DNA of 21,171 bases from an uncultured archaeon (GTDB taxonomy: Archaea; Hadarchaeota; Hadarchaeia; Hadarchaeales; Hadarchaeaceae). Both the position numbers and the translations under genes were made by a program. This document shows positions 7,869 through 16,807 of this stretch, in pieces. Position 1 is the first letter of the stretch, and each line of letters opens with the position of its first letter. A model generated the notes under the pieces. The model worked only from the letters and a program-made list of their open reading frames with translations. It was not told the origin of the DNA and searched no databases. The DNA lies in NCBI GenBank assembly GCA_937921735.1, contig CAKZTQ010000031.1, positions 1 through 21,171 on the forward strand, in the 5' to 3' direction.

Positions 7869-10325
7869 TCAAGCCGAGATCTCAGAAGAGCCCTCGCCCT
7901 CCATCATCATTCTCTGGAATTCGATAAGGTCGTATTTTTTGCCCCTTTTGTGCTTTTTTGATTTTTCGGATGGTGCGGGCTCTTTTTTTGATGTTTCAGA
8001 CGGTGAGCTCGGAGGTGGCGAAAGTTGGGCGCTTGTAGGCGGGGAGGTTGAGGGAGTTGAGGGTGATGGTTGCTCTGTGGATGGTGGGCTCGGAGGTGGC
8101 GAAAGTTGCTCTGTGGATGGTGAGCTCGGAGGTGGCGAAAGTTGGGCGCTTGTAGGCGGGGAGGTTGAGGGAGTTGAGGGCGGTGGAGATCCAGTTGAGG
8201 GTGGCGGTGGAGGGTTTGGATGCGGAATTTGATCCGTGATCCATTTCGTGTTCTCCTCCAGCTCCCTCAAATCCTCGTTCGGATCCCTTCCCAGAATCTT
8301 CGATTGCTTCTCGACATTATCCACTAGATTTGCCAGGAGGTACGGGTTCTCCAGGGCGGCCCTGTTAATCAGCTCCTTAACGCTATCCCCAACCCTCTTC
8401 TCATACGTCCCAGGTATCCTGATCCTGAAGGTTTTCTCCGCCCACTTGCCAGCTTCCTTATCCGGGAGCTTTCTGACGGTTTCCCTGAGTTCCCAGCCCT
8501 TTTCGTAGTCGATCTTGCCTTTTTCATACTTTTCCTCGTATCCCTCGCGCATGAGAGCGTACATCCTCGCCTTCAAGGCCTCTCCGTAAACCCCGGTCGT
8601 CTCCCTGTCGAGGATGTTCCAGTAGAACCGCGGCTTCTTATCTAATGCCTCGAGGTCGGGGTTGGGGAACGGCTCTCCCATACTGCGGAAGATCTTTTCA
8701 ATTTCTGCCTCATTATCCATTTTCTCCTTTAGTGCTTTGGAAAGAATCTCTTCCCTCTCCTTTGGTTCAAGCTTCTGCCACCTGTCGAGGCCGAGCTTGA
8801 TCCTGTCAAGCATCACAGGGTTGGCCACCTTCAGACCTTCCGCAAGCTTCCTGAACTCCTTGCCTGCCTTCTCGCTGTCGAGGGGGAGGTTGAGCTTCTG
8901 AGCCAGCATGTCCCCGATCGCCTTGTCAGATCTACCTGCTATCTCGTTGTCATACCACTCTAAGCCGAGGCCGGCGCTTTCACCCTCGGTTGATTTCAGC
9001 GCAAACTTGTAGAGCAGCCCCTCCGCCGCGCTGCCAGCCCTGCCCGCAACGATTTCCTGAAGGGAGCGCTGAGTGGAGCGCATGGCCCCTGGTATTGTGC
9101 CAAGCGCGGTTGAAAAAACTTTTCCGGGAGGCGCACCGACTAAGGCGCCGGGAAGGATGGCTGCGGCGGCTGCAGCGACCCCCGTCCCCGCGCCCCTCAA
9201 TGCGCCTCCAAGCCTCGATGCGCCCACTCTGCTCGCTTGTAAGGCTCCACTAACTACTCCGGCGCCCCCTGCGGCAACCATTGCGGTCGGGCTAAGCATT
9301 AGCCCCGTAGCCACGGCTGAGGCCGTTGAGGCCACGCCTCCCATCGCCATGAACAGTCCCCCGAGCCTTCCTGCGAACATCGTCGACATGTAGGCGGCTC
9401 CGGCAAAGGTTGCCAGGGCCATGATGAGCTTCGCGATCCCGCCTAAATCGGTTCTGGCAACGAGGAGGTAGCCGAAGTGTATGAGGATCGCGGCTATTAA
9501 GCTTGCGAACATCATTCCAACCGCGGTCTCAATCAGGCTGTCAGCCAAGTGTCTGGTGGGCGGGATGAGCCTGAGCATGAGCAGAAGCGGGAGCGCCGCA
9601 GCCAAGCAGCCGATGAGCAGGAGCCTGACGGCGCCCATCATGACCGCAAGTATCAGTATGGAAGTTGAAATTATGAAGATGACGACGGAGCCGAAGAAGC
9701 GAACCGCTACGTCCCAACCGCCCGAGAGCACGCCTCCCCCCATGGCCCCAATCAGCGCATCAATCTCACCCTCGCTCTGTATGATGAGGCCCGTTCCGCC
9801 AACATCCTGCCAGCCCGTGAGAGCATTCATGGCCGCGGCGGCGCCGTTGTAAATGTACTTCACCGCGAACACCATTATCAGCGTAAAGACCGAGTTCAAA
9901 ATTATGTTCATGGCCGTTCCCTCGCTCATGAACCTGAAAGTTTCGAAGATGTAACACATCGCCGCTATTATGAGGACGACCGCCAAGAGGGACAAGGCGA
10001 TCTGCTGGAGCAGCCCGTAAAGTTGCGCCGCGGCCCAACCAATCCATTGATCTGCCGGGGCACCGCTGACGGGGGCGGCCTGAGGGTTATCCGGGATTAT
10101 GGGCAGTTTGATGAGCAGGACGTATGCACCTTCCGCGCCTCCCATGAGGGAGCTCGCGAGCCACCTGAGTATCTGTGGGCCGAACGCTGCAAGCGCGAGC
10201 ATCATCGCTAATATGAAGCCCACCATGATTGCTGCGTCTACGCCGAACGCCGCCCTCCTGCGCCTCAGCCTCGCCAGCACCTTGGTGCCGGCCCTCCACG
10301 TTAAGCTTGAAAATTTCACCCTCAA
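7869..10325 (-). CDS. VirB6/TrbL/CedA-like polytopic membrane protein with long charged C-terminal region and Pro/Ser tail
   Basis: ORF 7869-10547. Start probably TTG 10325 or GTG 10319, downstream of GCTTTTAAG (10367-10359). About 7-9 hydrophobic segments including AVRLLLIGCLAAALPLLLMLRLIPPTRHLA, then a Gly/Ala-rich stretch as in TrbL/VirB6, then a soluble domain. Confidence 0.6.
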   Translation of the reverse strand: MRVKFSSLTWRAGTKVLARLRRRRAAFGVDAAIMVGFILAMMLALAAFGPQILRWLASSLMGGAEGAYVLLIKLPIIPDNPQAAPVSGAPADQWIGWAAAQLYGLLQQIALSLLAVVLIIAAMCYIFETFRFMSEGTAMNIILNSVFTLIMVFAVKYIYNGAAAAMNALTGWQDVGGTGLIIQSEGEIDALIGAMGGGVLSGGWDVAVRFFGSVVIFIISTSILILAVMMGAVRLLLIGCLAAALPLLLMLRLIPPTRHLADSLIETAVGMMFASLIAAILIHFGYLLVARTDLGGIAKLIMALATFAGAAYMSTMFAGRLGGLFMAMGGVASTASAVATGLMLSPTAMVAAGGAGVVSGALQASRVGASRLGGALRGAGTGVAAAAAAILPGALVGAPPGKVFSTALGTIPGAMRSTQRSLQEIVAGRAGSAAEGLLYKFALKSTEGESAGLGLEWYDNEIAGRSDKAIGDMLAQKLNLPLDSEKAGKEFRKLAEGLKVANPVMLDRIKLGLDRWQKLEPKEREEILSKALKEKMDNEAEIEKIFRSMGEPFPNPDLEALDKKPRFYWNILDRETTGVYGEALKARMYALMREGYEEKYEKGKIDYEKGWELRETVRKLPDKEAGKWAEKTFRIRIPGTYEKRVGDSVKELINRAALENPYLLANLVDNVEKQSKILGRDPNEDLRELEENTKWITDQIPHPNPPPPPSTGSPPPSTPSTSPPTSAQLSPPPSSPSTEQLSPPPSPPSTEQPSPSTPSTSPPTSAQLSPPPSSPSETSKKEPAPSEKSKKHKRGKKYDLIEFQRMMMEGEGSSEISA
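8002..8180. repeat. Coding direct repeats (62 bp x2, 117-bp period, with nested 39-bp units) encoding the Pro/Ser/Thr tail
   Basis: GGTGAGCTCGGAGGTGGCGAAAGTTGGGCGCTTGTAGGCGGGGAGGTTGAGGGAGTTGAGGG at 8002-8063 and 8119-8180. Protein: PSTPSTSPPTSAQLSPPPSSPS x2, with QLSPPP x3. Confidence 0.9.
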
Positions 10326-10390
10326 CGCCCTCGCTCTAAAAGCTTTTGCTTTCTCGCCCTTAAAAGCTGAGGGCATGGAGAGGCCGATGA

Positions 10391-13300
10391 TCAGCGGGAC
10401 TCTCTGAGAAATTTTATGATGAGGCCGACTATTATGGCAGCCGCGGCTACGCCTATGAGCGCCATGGCGACCTGCTCGAACATAACCTCCCAGAAGGTTT
10501 TGCCCCAAGGCTGGACTGCCACAATAGCATGGAATCTTGTCCCCCAAACGTTTTCAGCCTCGATTAGGAGGAGCGCATCGTCGTATCCTGGCAGCGCCTT
10601 CATCTCCGGATCCTTCGCCACGAGAAGCTCCATCCGGCCTGAGAAGCCTAAGACGCCCCCGCGGATTGAGGAGTAGCCTCGGTAGCCCGAGAATCTGCCG
10701 TCTTCAATCCACTCTTCAGGAACCGTCAGGTTCAAGGAGAAAAGCCTCCTCAACTGCAGCCCCTCAACAGGGATGTCCTTCAACATGTAGCCATGCGGCG
10801 CACTCGCAACCGCGTAGGCAGTTATCTTCGCCAAGCCCCCGAGCTCGGGAGCGGCCTCAACAGTCAGCCTTGAAGTTTTAGGGCCGTCCGAGGTCACGTT
10901 GACGGGCAACGGTGAACTGGGGTCGAGGTTTGCGTAGATCGTGAGCGGCTCGCTTGAGGCGAAGTCCACGTAGACCGTCTTCGCGATGGAGACCGCGTCT
11001 TTCCATCTCCAAAGCCATGCATTGGTGAAGCGGAGTCGATCGATCCAGAACCGCCCCGCGGGCTCCGCAAGTTCAGCGTATATCCCGACCGCATGGATTT
11101 CCCCCCCGGCGGGAAGAGTGACCGTCCGCCACGAGCCGATCCCAACGGTCTCGTTCATGGCGGCGATGCCCGAGGGCGAGAGGAGCACAACCGTCACTTT
11201 GCCGCTGCAGCCCTCGCCGAGGTATATGTCGAAGGAAAGGCTGCCCGACGGGGCATCTGCGGGCTTGATGAGATGGAGGAGCGCGCATGCCGTCGCCACG
11301 CCCTCAGCGTCCACCATTATGCTTGAAAGCCCGGCTGTCTTTCTGCCCCAGTCCGCGGAGACCCTGCAGGACGGGGAGTCCCACCACGCATATGCGTTCT
11401 CGATATTCTCGGTCAAGGCGTCTCCGTCGTGCGGGTACACGCCAAGGTATGGCGTTCCGCGGCCCGCCGTCGCGTTGAGGTTGTAGAGGAAGGCGCTCGT
11501 CCTGTTCATGGTGCCCGATGCTGAGCCGACCCCGCCGAAGTACTGGGGGTGGCATTCGTATATGTCCTTGGAGGCGATCTCCAGCATCACCTCATCGATC
11601 TCCTGCTCCTCAAGGTAGCTTCTGAACCAGTTTTCCTCAGTTGTGTTGAAGGTTGGGCTGAGGAGCGCCTCAACCCTGACGGTGCCGTCGATGGACCAGC
11701 TCTCAGCCGCTCGATCCCACCTGAAGGCTTTGACCTCCACGTCCTTCCGGTAGTATTCGAGGGGGCATGTGAAGTTCACGCTGAACGCGTGTGTTCGGGG
11801 GGAGAAGGCATCGGTGGTGAAGGTTACCCTGTAGGTCAGCGAGACGTTGTATCCCATCCCCAACGCCTCAGCCGCCACCCTGTCGTCCAGGTCGAAGATG
11901 AACTTTACGTAGCGGCTCTCGTTGCTGAAGAAGACTGGAAGCTGGAAGTTGACGAACTTCAGGGCATCGTTGCGGCTTACGCCCGCCTCCCTAGCTACGC
12001 TTTCCAAGAGCTTGTTGTGCGAGTAGACGCCTATGACCTTGCTGCCGACCATCGTCGCTTTCACGCTTCCGCTCGGAGATGGAAGCTTGGAGGCGAAGTC
12101 CATTAGCAGCCGTTGAGCCTCCTCCAGCGTGACGTTCCCTTTCAATTCGACCTGCGGCGGCGTGATGAGGGCATACTCGAAGGAGAACCATTCGTCCCAA
12201 GCCATCCCGTAGCCGACCTGCGTGTACACGGGCATCCGAACGGTCCACTTATACGTGTGGGTTGCGTTTTCAGGCCAGCTGTAGGTTTTCGGGAGGTCCT
12301 TGACGGTGAGCCCTTCGCCGTCAACCTTCAGTACTATGCCCTCAGTTTCGGCGTCCATCCCGGCCGCGGAGAACGTGACCCCGCGTGTGAGGTTGAACAG
12401 CTCCATGATGGCCCGGAGGTTTTCCGCTATTTCTTCAGGTTTCGTTCCGGACAGGCCCGGGATGGCCGTCAGACCCGTGAGCCGCTGCTGAACCGCAATC
12501 CTGCTCGCATGCCCGTACCAGTCCCAGCCCTCGAAGACGGCCCTCTTCCCCAGATCCTTTTCGGGGCCGTTCCCGTCGTACCTGACGATTACGGCGAAGT
12601 GCTTCTCGTAGCTGCCTTCGCCGGGAGACCTGGGTATGGTGTAGGCGAAGGCCGTGAACTGGGGGTCATACTTGGCAACCTCGACGCTCACGGTTGCAAC
12701 GCTCAAGTAGCGCGTTTTGACAACCGCCTTCTCAAAAACGTACCTTTTGCCATACACCTTTGCGCTCAAAACCGCCGTCCACGAGTAGGTGTGTTGCGTG
12801 TTCGTCCTCCAGTCCGCCGTGTAAGGGAGCCGACCAACGTAGATGTTCTGGGAGCCGTCCAACACAAGCACAACGCCATCCGCATCTGCGTCGAGACCGT
12901 AGGCCGCAAACCTGACCGCCGAGGGCACTTGAACGGGTTCAGTCACTTCGAGCCGGAGGGGGGCCGAGGCCGTAACTTGGCCGCTTGAAGCCTTCACTAT
13001 GAGCGTGTAGTTTCCGGTCGGCGCGGTTTGGGAGGCGCTTAAGGTCATGACGGATTGGAGGGGGGTCAAACCGTCAGCTTCGCCGGACGGGGGCTTGAAG
13101 GAGACCTCGCACCCCTGCGGGACACCTTCGGCAAAGAGCGAGACCGGCACGGACGTGTACCGGCCGCTCAAGCAAACCCTGACGCCTGCGAGGAGGCCGC
13201 TTCCCTGCCCAACGCTTGCCGAGTGCGGGTCAAGAAAGGTTGAGAGGCTCCATGAGGGGATGTAGCCCGGCTTCTCAGCCCAGGCCTGAACCCCCAAAAA

Positions 13301-14560
13301 CTGCTCAGTGAGCGGGTTACACGTGTCCTCAGCTGCGAAGTACCCTCCGCCGCTTGTCCTCGCCGTTTTCGAAACGATCCACGTGCCGCCCGTCCAGAGG
13401 TTCCTTTTCCTGAACTCCGCAACGACGTCGCTGTGGGCAACTGGCGCTCCGCTTGAATCGTAGAGGTAGCCTGTTGCCTGGCAAACCGTGCCCCTGAGGG
13501 GGTCAAACCACGTCGTCCACTTCAAGTCCTTGACAACGAGCTTGAGCTCCGCTTGAGCGGAGAGCGGGACCAGCTTAAGAGGGGACCGGGCCCTCGCCTC
13601 CAACACAAGCCCGGTTGAGGGGGAGGCGTTTTCACCCTCATCTTCGCATTTTTTGAAGACGGCCCCGACCCCGTGCGGGCGGTCCATGAAAACGGTTATG
13701 GGGTTGCACGGCCCCATGTCACGGCCGTCCAAAATCCAGTGGCTGAAAGTGTAGTTTGCGTCCGGTATGGCGAAGACCGAGACGTACGTCCCGGCGTCAT
13801 ACAGGTACATTCCGGGCGGGGGATCCGTCGTTCCGCCGGTTGAGGCGCCTACCCAAAGGGCGTATTGAATCCTGCGGAAGATGGGCTGGAGGGCGTAAGG
13901 CGCGTTCATGACCACGCCTATCGGGTTCGAGGATCCGGCGTGCTTCCCATTGAGGAGCCAGTAATCCAACTCGTAGTAGTCGTCGGGGATGGCGCTCACG
14001 GAGACGGATTCGCCCTTCGCATGCCAGTAGCTTCCGGGGGCGGGGCTGGTGGTGCCGTGCTCCGAGGGGAGTATGGTTAAGAGGAATTCGATCCGGTAGT
14101 GGGCGAAGACCTCGACGCCTCCGAACGTGACCGAGACCGAACCGCTTGCGCCGCCCTCAGCCGTCGCGTAGGCCTCAGCCCTGACTGAAAAGTCATATGT
14201 GCCCGGGTTTGCATCGGCCCTAACCTTGAAGAGCGCTTTGCCGGACGTCGATCCCCACCCCTCGTCCCTAAGCTTCTCGAAGGCTGACTGGTCGTAGACG
14301 GCTTGGACGCCGCTGAAGCTCAGGCCCTCAACCATGTAGACGCCGTAATTTATCCAGAGCTGATCGTTGGGGAAGAAGGAGCCGTCCGGGTTGACTGAGG
14401 GCCTGCCGAACCTGTCCATTCCAGGCCAGTAGTTGACCACAACATTGACTTTCCCGGAGTCTCCTGAAATCTCGATCCACGCCGGCGAGGCGACGTCGGC
14501 GAGGGCGGAAGCTAAGAGGACGAGCAGGAAGGCTGAGCCCGCTAGGCGCTTCCTCCACAT
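10391..14560 (-). CDS. Large (1389 aa) secreted, C-terminally membrane-anchored modular surface protein/adhesin
   Basis: Signal peptide MWRKRLAGSAFLLVLLASALA, two tandem InlB B-repeat-like units, an Ig-like unit, two GLDADADG-type modules and a C-terminal TM followed by KFLRESR. Confidence 0.8.
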   Translation of the reverse strand: MWRKRLAGSAFLLVLLASALADVASPAWIEISGDSGKVNVVVNYWPGMDRFGRPSVNPDGSFFPNDQLWINYGVYMVEGLSFSGVQAVYDQSAFEKLRDEGWGSTSGKALFKVRADANPGTYDFSVRAEAYATAEGGASGSVSVTFGGVEVFAHYRIEFLLTILPSEHGTTSPAPGSYWHAKGESVSVSAIPDDYYELDYWLLNGKHAGSSNPIGVVMNAPYALQPIFRRIQYALWVGASTGGTTDPPPGMYLYDAGTYVSVFAIPDANYTFSHWILDGRDMGPCNPITVFMDRPHGVGAVFKKCEDEGENASPSTGLVLEARARSPLKLVPLSAQAELKLVVKDLKWTTWFDPLRGTVCQATGYLYDSSGAPVAHSDVVAEFRKRNLWTGGTWIVSKTARTSGGGYFAAEDTCNPLTEQFLGVQAWAEKPGYIPSWSLSTFLDPHSASVGQGSGLLAGVRVCLSGRYTSVPVSLFAEGVPQGCEVSFKPPSGEADGLTPLQSVMTLSASQTAPTGNYTLIVKASSGQVTASAPLRLEVTEPVQVPSAVRFAAYGLDADADGVVLVLDGSQNIYVGRLPYTADWRTNTQHTYSWTAVLSAKVYGKRYVFEKAVVKTRYLSVATVSVEVAKYDPQFTAFAYTIPRSPGEGSYEKHFAVIVRYDGNGPEKDLGKRAVFEGWDWYGHASRIAVQQRLTGLTAIPGLSGTKPEEIAENLRAIMELFNLTRGVTFSAAGMDAETEGIVLKVDGEGLTVKDLPKTYSWPENATHTYKWTVRMPVYTQVGYGMAWDEWFSFEYALITPPQVELKGNVTLEEAQRLLMDFASKLPSPSGSVKATMVGSKVIGVYSHNKLLESVAREAGVSRNDALKFVNFQLPVFFSNESRYVKFIFDLDDRVAAEALGMGYNVSLTYRVTFTTDAFSPRTHAFSVNFTCPLEYYRKDVEVKAFRWDRAAESWSIDGTVRVEALLSPTFNTTEENWFRSYLEEQEIDEVMLEIASKDIYECHPQYFGGVGSASGTMNRTSAFLYNLNATAGRGTPYLGVYPHDGDALTENIENAYAWWDSPSCRVSADWGRKTAGLSSIMVDAEGVATACALLHLIKPADAPSGSLSFDIYLGEGCSGKVTVVLLSPSGIAAMNETVGIGSWRTVTLPAGGEIHAVGIYAELAEPAGRFWIDRLRFTNAWLWRWKDAVSIAKTVYVDFASSEPLTIYANLDPSSPLPVNVTSDGPKTSRLTVEAAPELGGLAKITAYAVASAPHGYMLKDIPVEGLQLRRLFSLNLTVPEEWIEDGRFSGYRGYSSIRGGVLGFSGRMELLVAKDPEMKALPGYDDALLLIEAENVWGTRFHAIVAVQPWGKTFWEVMFEQVAMALIGVAAAAIIVGLIIKFLRESR

Positions 14561-14668
14561 GGCATCTCAAAAGCTTAGGGTCCTTTGCAACTTAAAGGCG
14601 GGGGCATGGAAACGAGCTTTTAAGCTTGGAAACTCTCGAGCTTTAGAGGCGTTGGATCTGAGGAGGCG

Positions 14669-15253
14669 GTGGACGTGAGCGGTTTAACGCCCATCATCAA
14701 GGGCGGCGTGCGGATCCTGAGGCCGTGCGAGTACGAACTGCTCAGGAAGGGCGCCAAAAAGCTTGAGAACCAGGTGAGGCTGGACGCCCTCCTCCTGACG
14801 GGTTTAAGGTACGTCGAGGCCCGGAGGCTCCATGAGCATCCAGAGTGGTTCGATGGGAGGTTCATACACCTCCCCGAGTATGCGCAGAGGAAGGCGAAGC
14901 GCAGGCAGCGCGAAAGGTGGGTCAGGCTCAACCCTCAGGGGCAGCAGATCCTCCCCTTCTTCTTCAAGGGTTCGCCGCCGCCATCGTGGAAGGCCTGGAC
15001 TGAGGCGCTGAGAAGGTGGGCCCTTCGGGCCGGACTTGACCCGGCGGGGCTTGGGCCGAAGACAACTCGGAAGACTTGGGAGAGCTGGCTCGTGACGTGC
15101 TACCCTGAACGCTTGACGGAGATATTCCTGAGCCAAGGTCACACGGAGCTCACAAGCCTGAAACATTACCTGAACCTGCCGTTCACGGAAGTGGACAGGC
15201 TGGAGATGGAGAGGTGGGTCATGGGCTGGGCTCCGTCGAAAACTTCCAGTTGA
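14669..15253 (+). CDS. Minimal tyrosine recombinase/integrase (catalytic domain only)
   Basis: LLLTGLRYVEA (Arg I), KTTRKTW (KxxR in place of HxxR), SQGH and LKHY (His and nucleophile Tyr). GAGGAGG RBS, with GCTTTTAAG upstream. Confidence 0.85.
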   Translation: MDVSGLTPIIKGGVRILRPCEYELLRKGAKKLENQVRLDALLLTGLRYVEARRLHEHPEWFDGRFIHLPEYAQRKAKRRQRERWVRLNPQGQQILPFFFKGSPPPSWKAWTEALRRWALRAGLDPAGLGPKTTRKTWESWLVTCYPERLTEIFLSQGHTELTSLKHYLNLPFTEVDRLEMERWVMGWAPSKTSS

Positions 15254-15275
15254 AGGGCAGGGTTGCGCATGAGCC

Positions 15276-15317
15276 GCTTCAACGGACGCCATGCTCGCTT
15301 CAACGGACGCCATGCTC
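15276..15317. repeat. Perfect 2 x 21-bp tandem repeat GCTTCAACGGACGCCATGCTC
   Basis: Copies at 15276-15296 and 15297-15317, 22 bp after the recombinase stop. Confidence 0.9.
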
Positions 15318-15482
15318 CAGGAGCTTGCGGGGGCCTTCGGGCTCAGCGGCCCCAAGGGTTCCGGGCTAAGCATTGATGCGTGTGGAGTCAATATTTAAAC
15401 TCATCCATTTTGAAGCATCGAATTTAAATCTTTAGGAAACGAATTTACGGTGAAGGGAATCGATTATGAGGGAGGGGTGGAA

Positions 15483-15701
15483 ATGGCGGGAACGATTGAA
15501 AAGGGTCTTGGAAAAATTGGCGTGACGGTTTCTAAGCCGGTTTTAGCCGTCCTATGCATAATCTTCGGCATCCTGGTGATAATTGTACCGGCGCTTCTGG
15601 AGATAATAGTCGGCATATTTTTCATAATAGAGGGGGTTCTGCTGCTAACTGAACATGCGGAGTTGCGGAAACAGCGGGAGGCGCCGCCTTCCCAACGCTG
15701 A
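15483..15701 (+). CDS. Small two-TM membrane protein (DUF3096-like)
   Basis: GGAGGGGTGG before ATG 15483; LAVLCIIFGILVIIVPALLEIIVGIFFIIEGVLLL hairpin. Confidence 0.7.
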   Translation: MAGTIEKGLGKIGVTVSKPVLAVLCIIFGILVIIVPALLEIIVGIFFIIEGVLLLTEHAELRKQREAPPSQR

Positions 15702-15718
15702 CGCTCGGGGGTGAAAGC

Positions 15719-16279
15719 GTGCCTGAACCATTCGCGCTGTATGTGAGCAAGAGGTTTCTTGATAAGGCTTCTAAAACTTTCGGTTTGGGGTTCATTGTCA
15801 GGAAACCCTTAACGGAAATGCTTAGGAAAATGGACGTCCCTTTCAAGGAGCTTGGGAGGGATGAGGCTAAAACAGCTCTCGACAGACTCGCCGAATCCAA
15901 AGGGGTGACAATTTCGGTCAGTCAGCTTATAAAGGGTTTGGCGCTCGCGTTTTTCCTGCCCACAAGCATTTTTATTGCAACTTTGAAAAAGGTTTTTTAC
16001 AGGTCTGGGGCTGAAACCGAAGATAGCATGATCCTGGAGTTCCTCGCAGAGATACCGAGAATGTTTAGGCCAACGCTTTTCTACGACATATGGCTGATCG
16101 TGCCTAAAACCGAGGCGGGAGAGACCAACGCGAAGCAGCTGATCAAAACGATAGTGGAAAAAACCGGAGTGCCGCCGTTAACAGGGGAGGAATGGGAGGA
16201 CCTTCAACCCATAGTGGAAAAACTGAGGGGGAAACTGGAGATAAAAGGCATAACGGAAAACCTGTGGAAATCGATATAG
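15719..16279 (+). CDS. Hypothetical protein
   Basis: 186-aa ORF with GGGGTGA RBS and protein-like composition; no recognised motif. Confidence 0.75.
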   Translation: MPEPFALYVSKRFLDKASKTFGLGFIVRKPLTEMLRKMDVPFKELGRDEAKTALDRLAESKGVTISVSQLIKGLALAFFLPTSIFIATLKKVFYRSGAETEDSMILEFLAEIPRMFRPTLFYDIWLIVPKTEAGETNAKQLIKTIVEKTGVPPLTGEEWEDLQPIVEKLRGKLEIKGITENLWKSI

Positions 16280-16287
16280 CCAACTAG

Positions 16288-16315
16288 GCGGGGGTTTGAG
16301 GCGCCAAGCCCCCGC
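16288..16315. terminator. GC-rich hairpin between convergent genes
   Basis: GCGGGGGTTTG (16288-16298) pairs with CAAGCCCCCGC (16305-16315) with one G-U pair and a 6-nt loop. Confidence 0.55.
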
Positions 16316-16323
16316 TCGCAGTT

Positions 16324-16758
16324 TTATCCGGTGCAGGGCGCGACCATCGACTTGTGGAGGGCGCTGCCATCGCTTGCCCTCGCCCTTATCTCAACGGGGT
16401 AGGTCTTGCCGACCGTCACGGAGAAGCCGGAGGGATCCATTACGGAAGCGCTTTTCGACTGGCCCACATCTATGGGGCCAAGCTGCAGCGTTGCGCTGCC
16501 CGAGTCGCCGTAGACCGTCACATTACAGGATGTTATGGGCTTGTTCCCGGAGTTCTTTATTGTGGCGGAGACCAGGATGGTGGATGAAGTCCTGATGATG
16601 TCGACCGAGATAACATGTATGCTGAGCTGGGATGAGGCCGTCCCGGCAGCGTTGAAGAAGAGGCTATATATGACGAGCCCGGCCGCAATCGTTATGGCCA
16701 TCAGCATTACCGTTGCGAGGAGGGGGCTTACGGCTCTTCTGAGCGGTTCGCTACGCAT
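16324..16758 (-). CDS. Archaeal type IV pilin (class III signal peptide)
   Basis: RRA/VSPLLATVMLMAITIAAGLVIY leader; IKNSGNKPI; VTVGKTYPVEIRA..DGS. Confidence 0.9.
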   Translation of the reverse strand: MRSEPLRRAVSPLLATVMLMAITIAAGLVIYSLFFNAAGTASSQLSIHVISVDIIRTSSTILVSATIKNSGNKPITSCNVTVYGDSGSATLQLGPIDVGQSKSASVMDPSGFSVTVGKTYPVEIRARASDGSALHKSMVAPCTG

Positions 16759-16807
16759 TTTTCAAGTTCACCAGAAGCAGTGCACGTGGAAACTTTAAAG
16801 CGGCTTA

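Noticed and set aside
8002-8180. Repeats resembling a mini CRISPR array
   Set aside because: Periods are multiples of three, the repeats lie in a Pro/Ser coding tail, there are no unique spacers and no cas genes are present.
10416-14570. Numerous overlapping ORFs, such as 12113-12988 (+) and 11549-12106 (+)
   Set aside because: Antisense or alternative-frame shadows of the GC-rich 1389-aa gene, with no motifs.
14804-15391. Minus-strand 195-aa ORF overlapping the recombinase
   Set aside because: Pro/Arg-rich shadow-like composition, antisense to a gene with full catalytic motifs.
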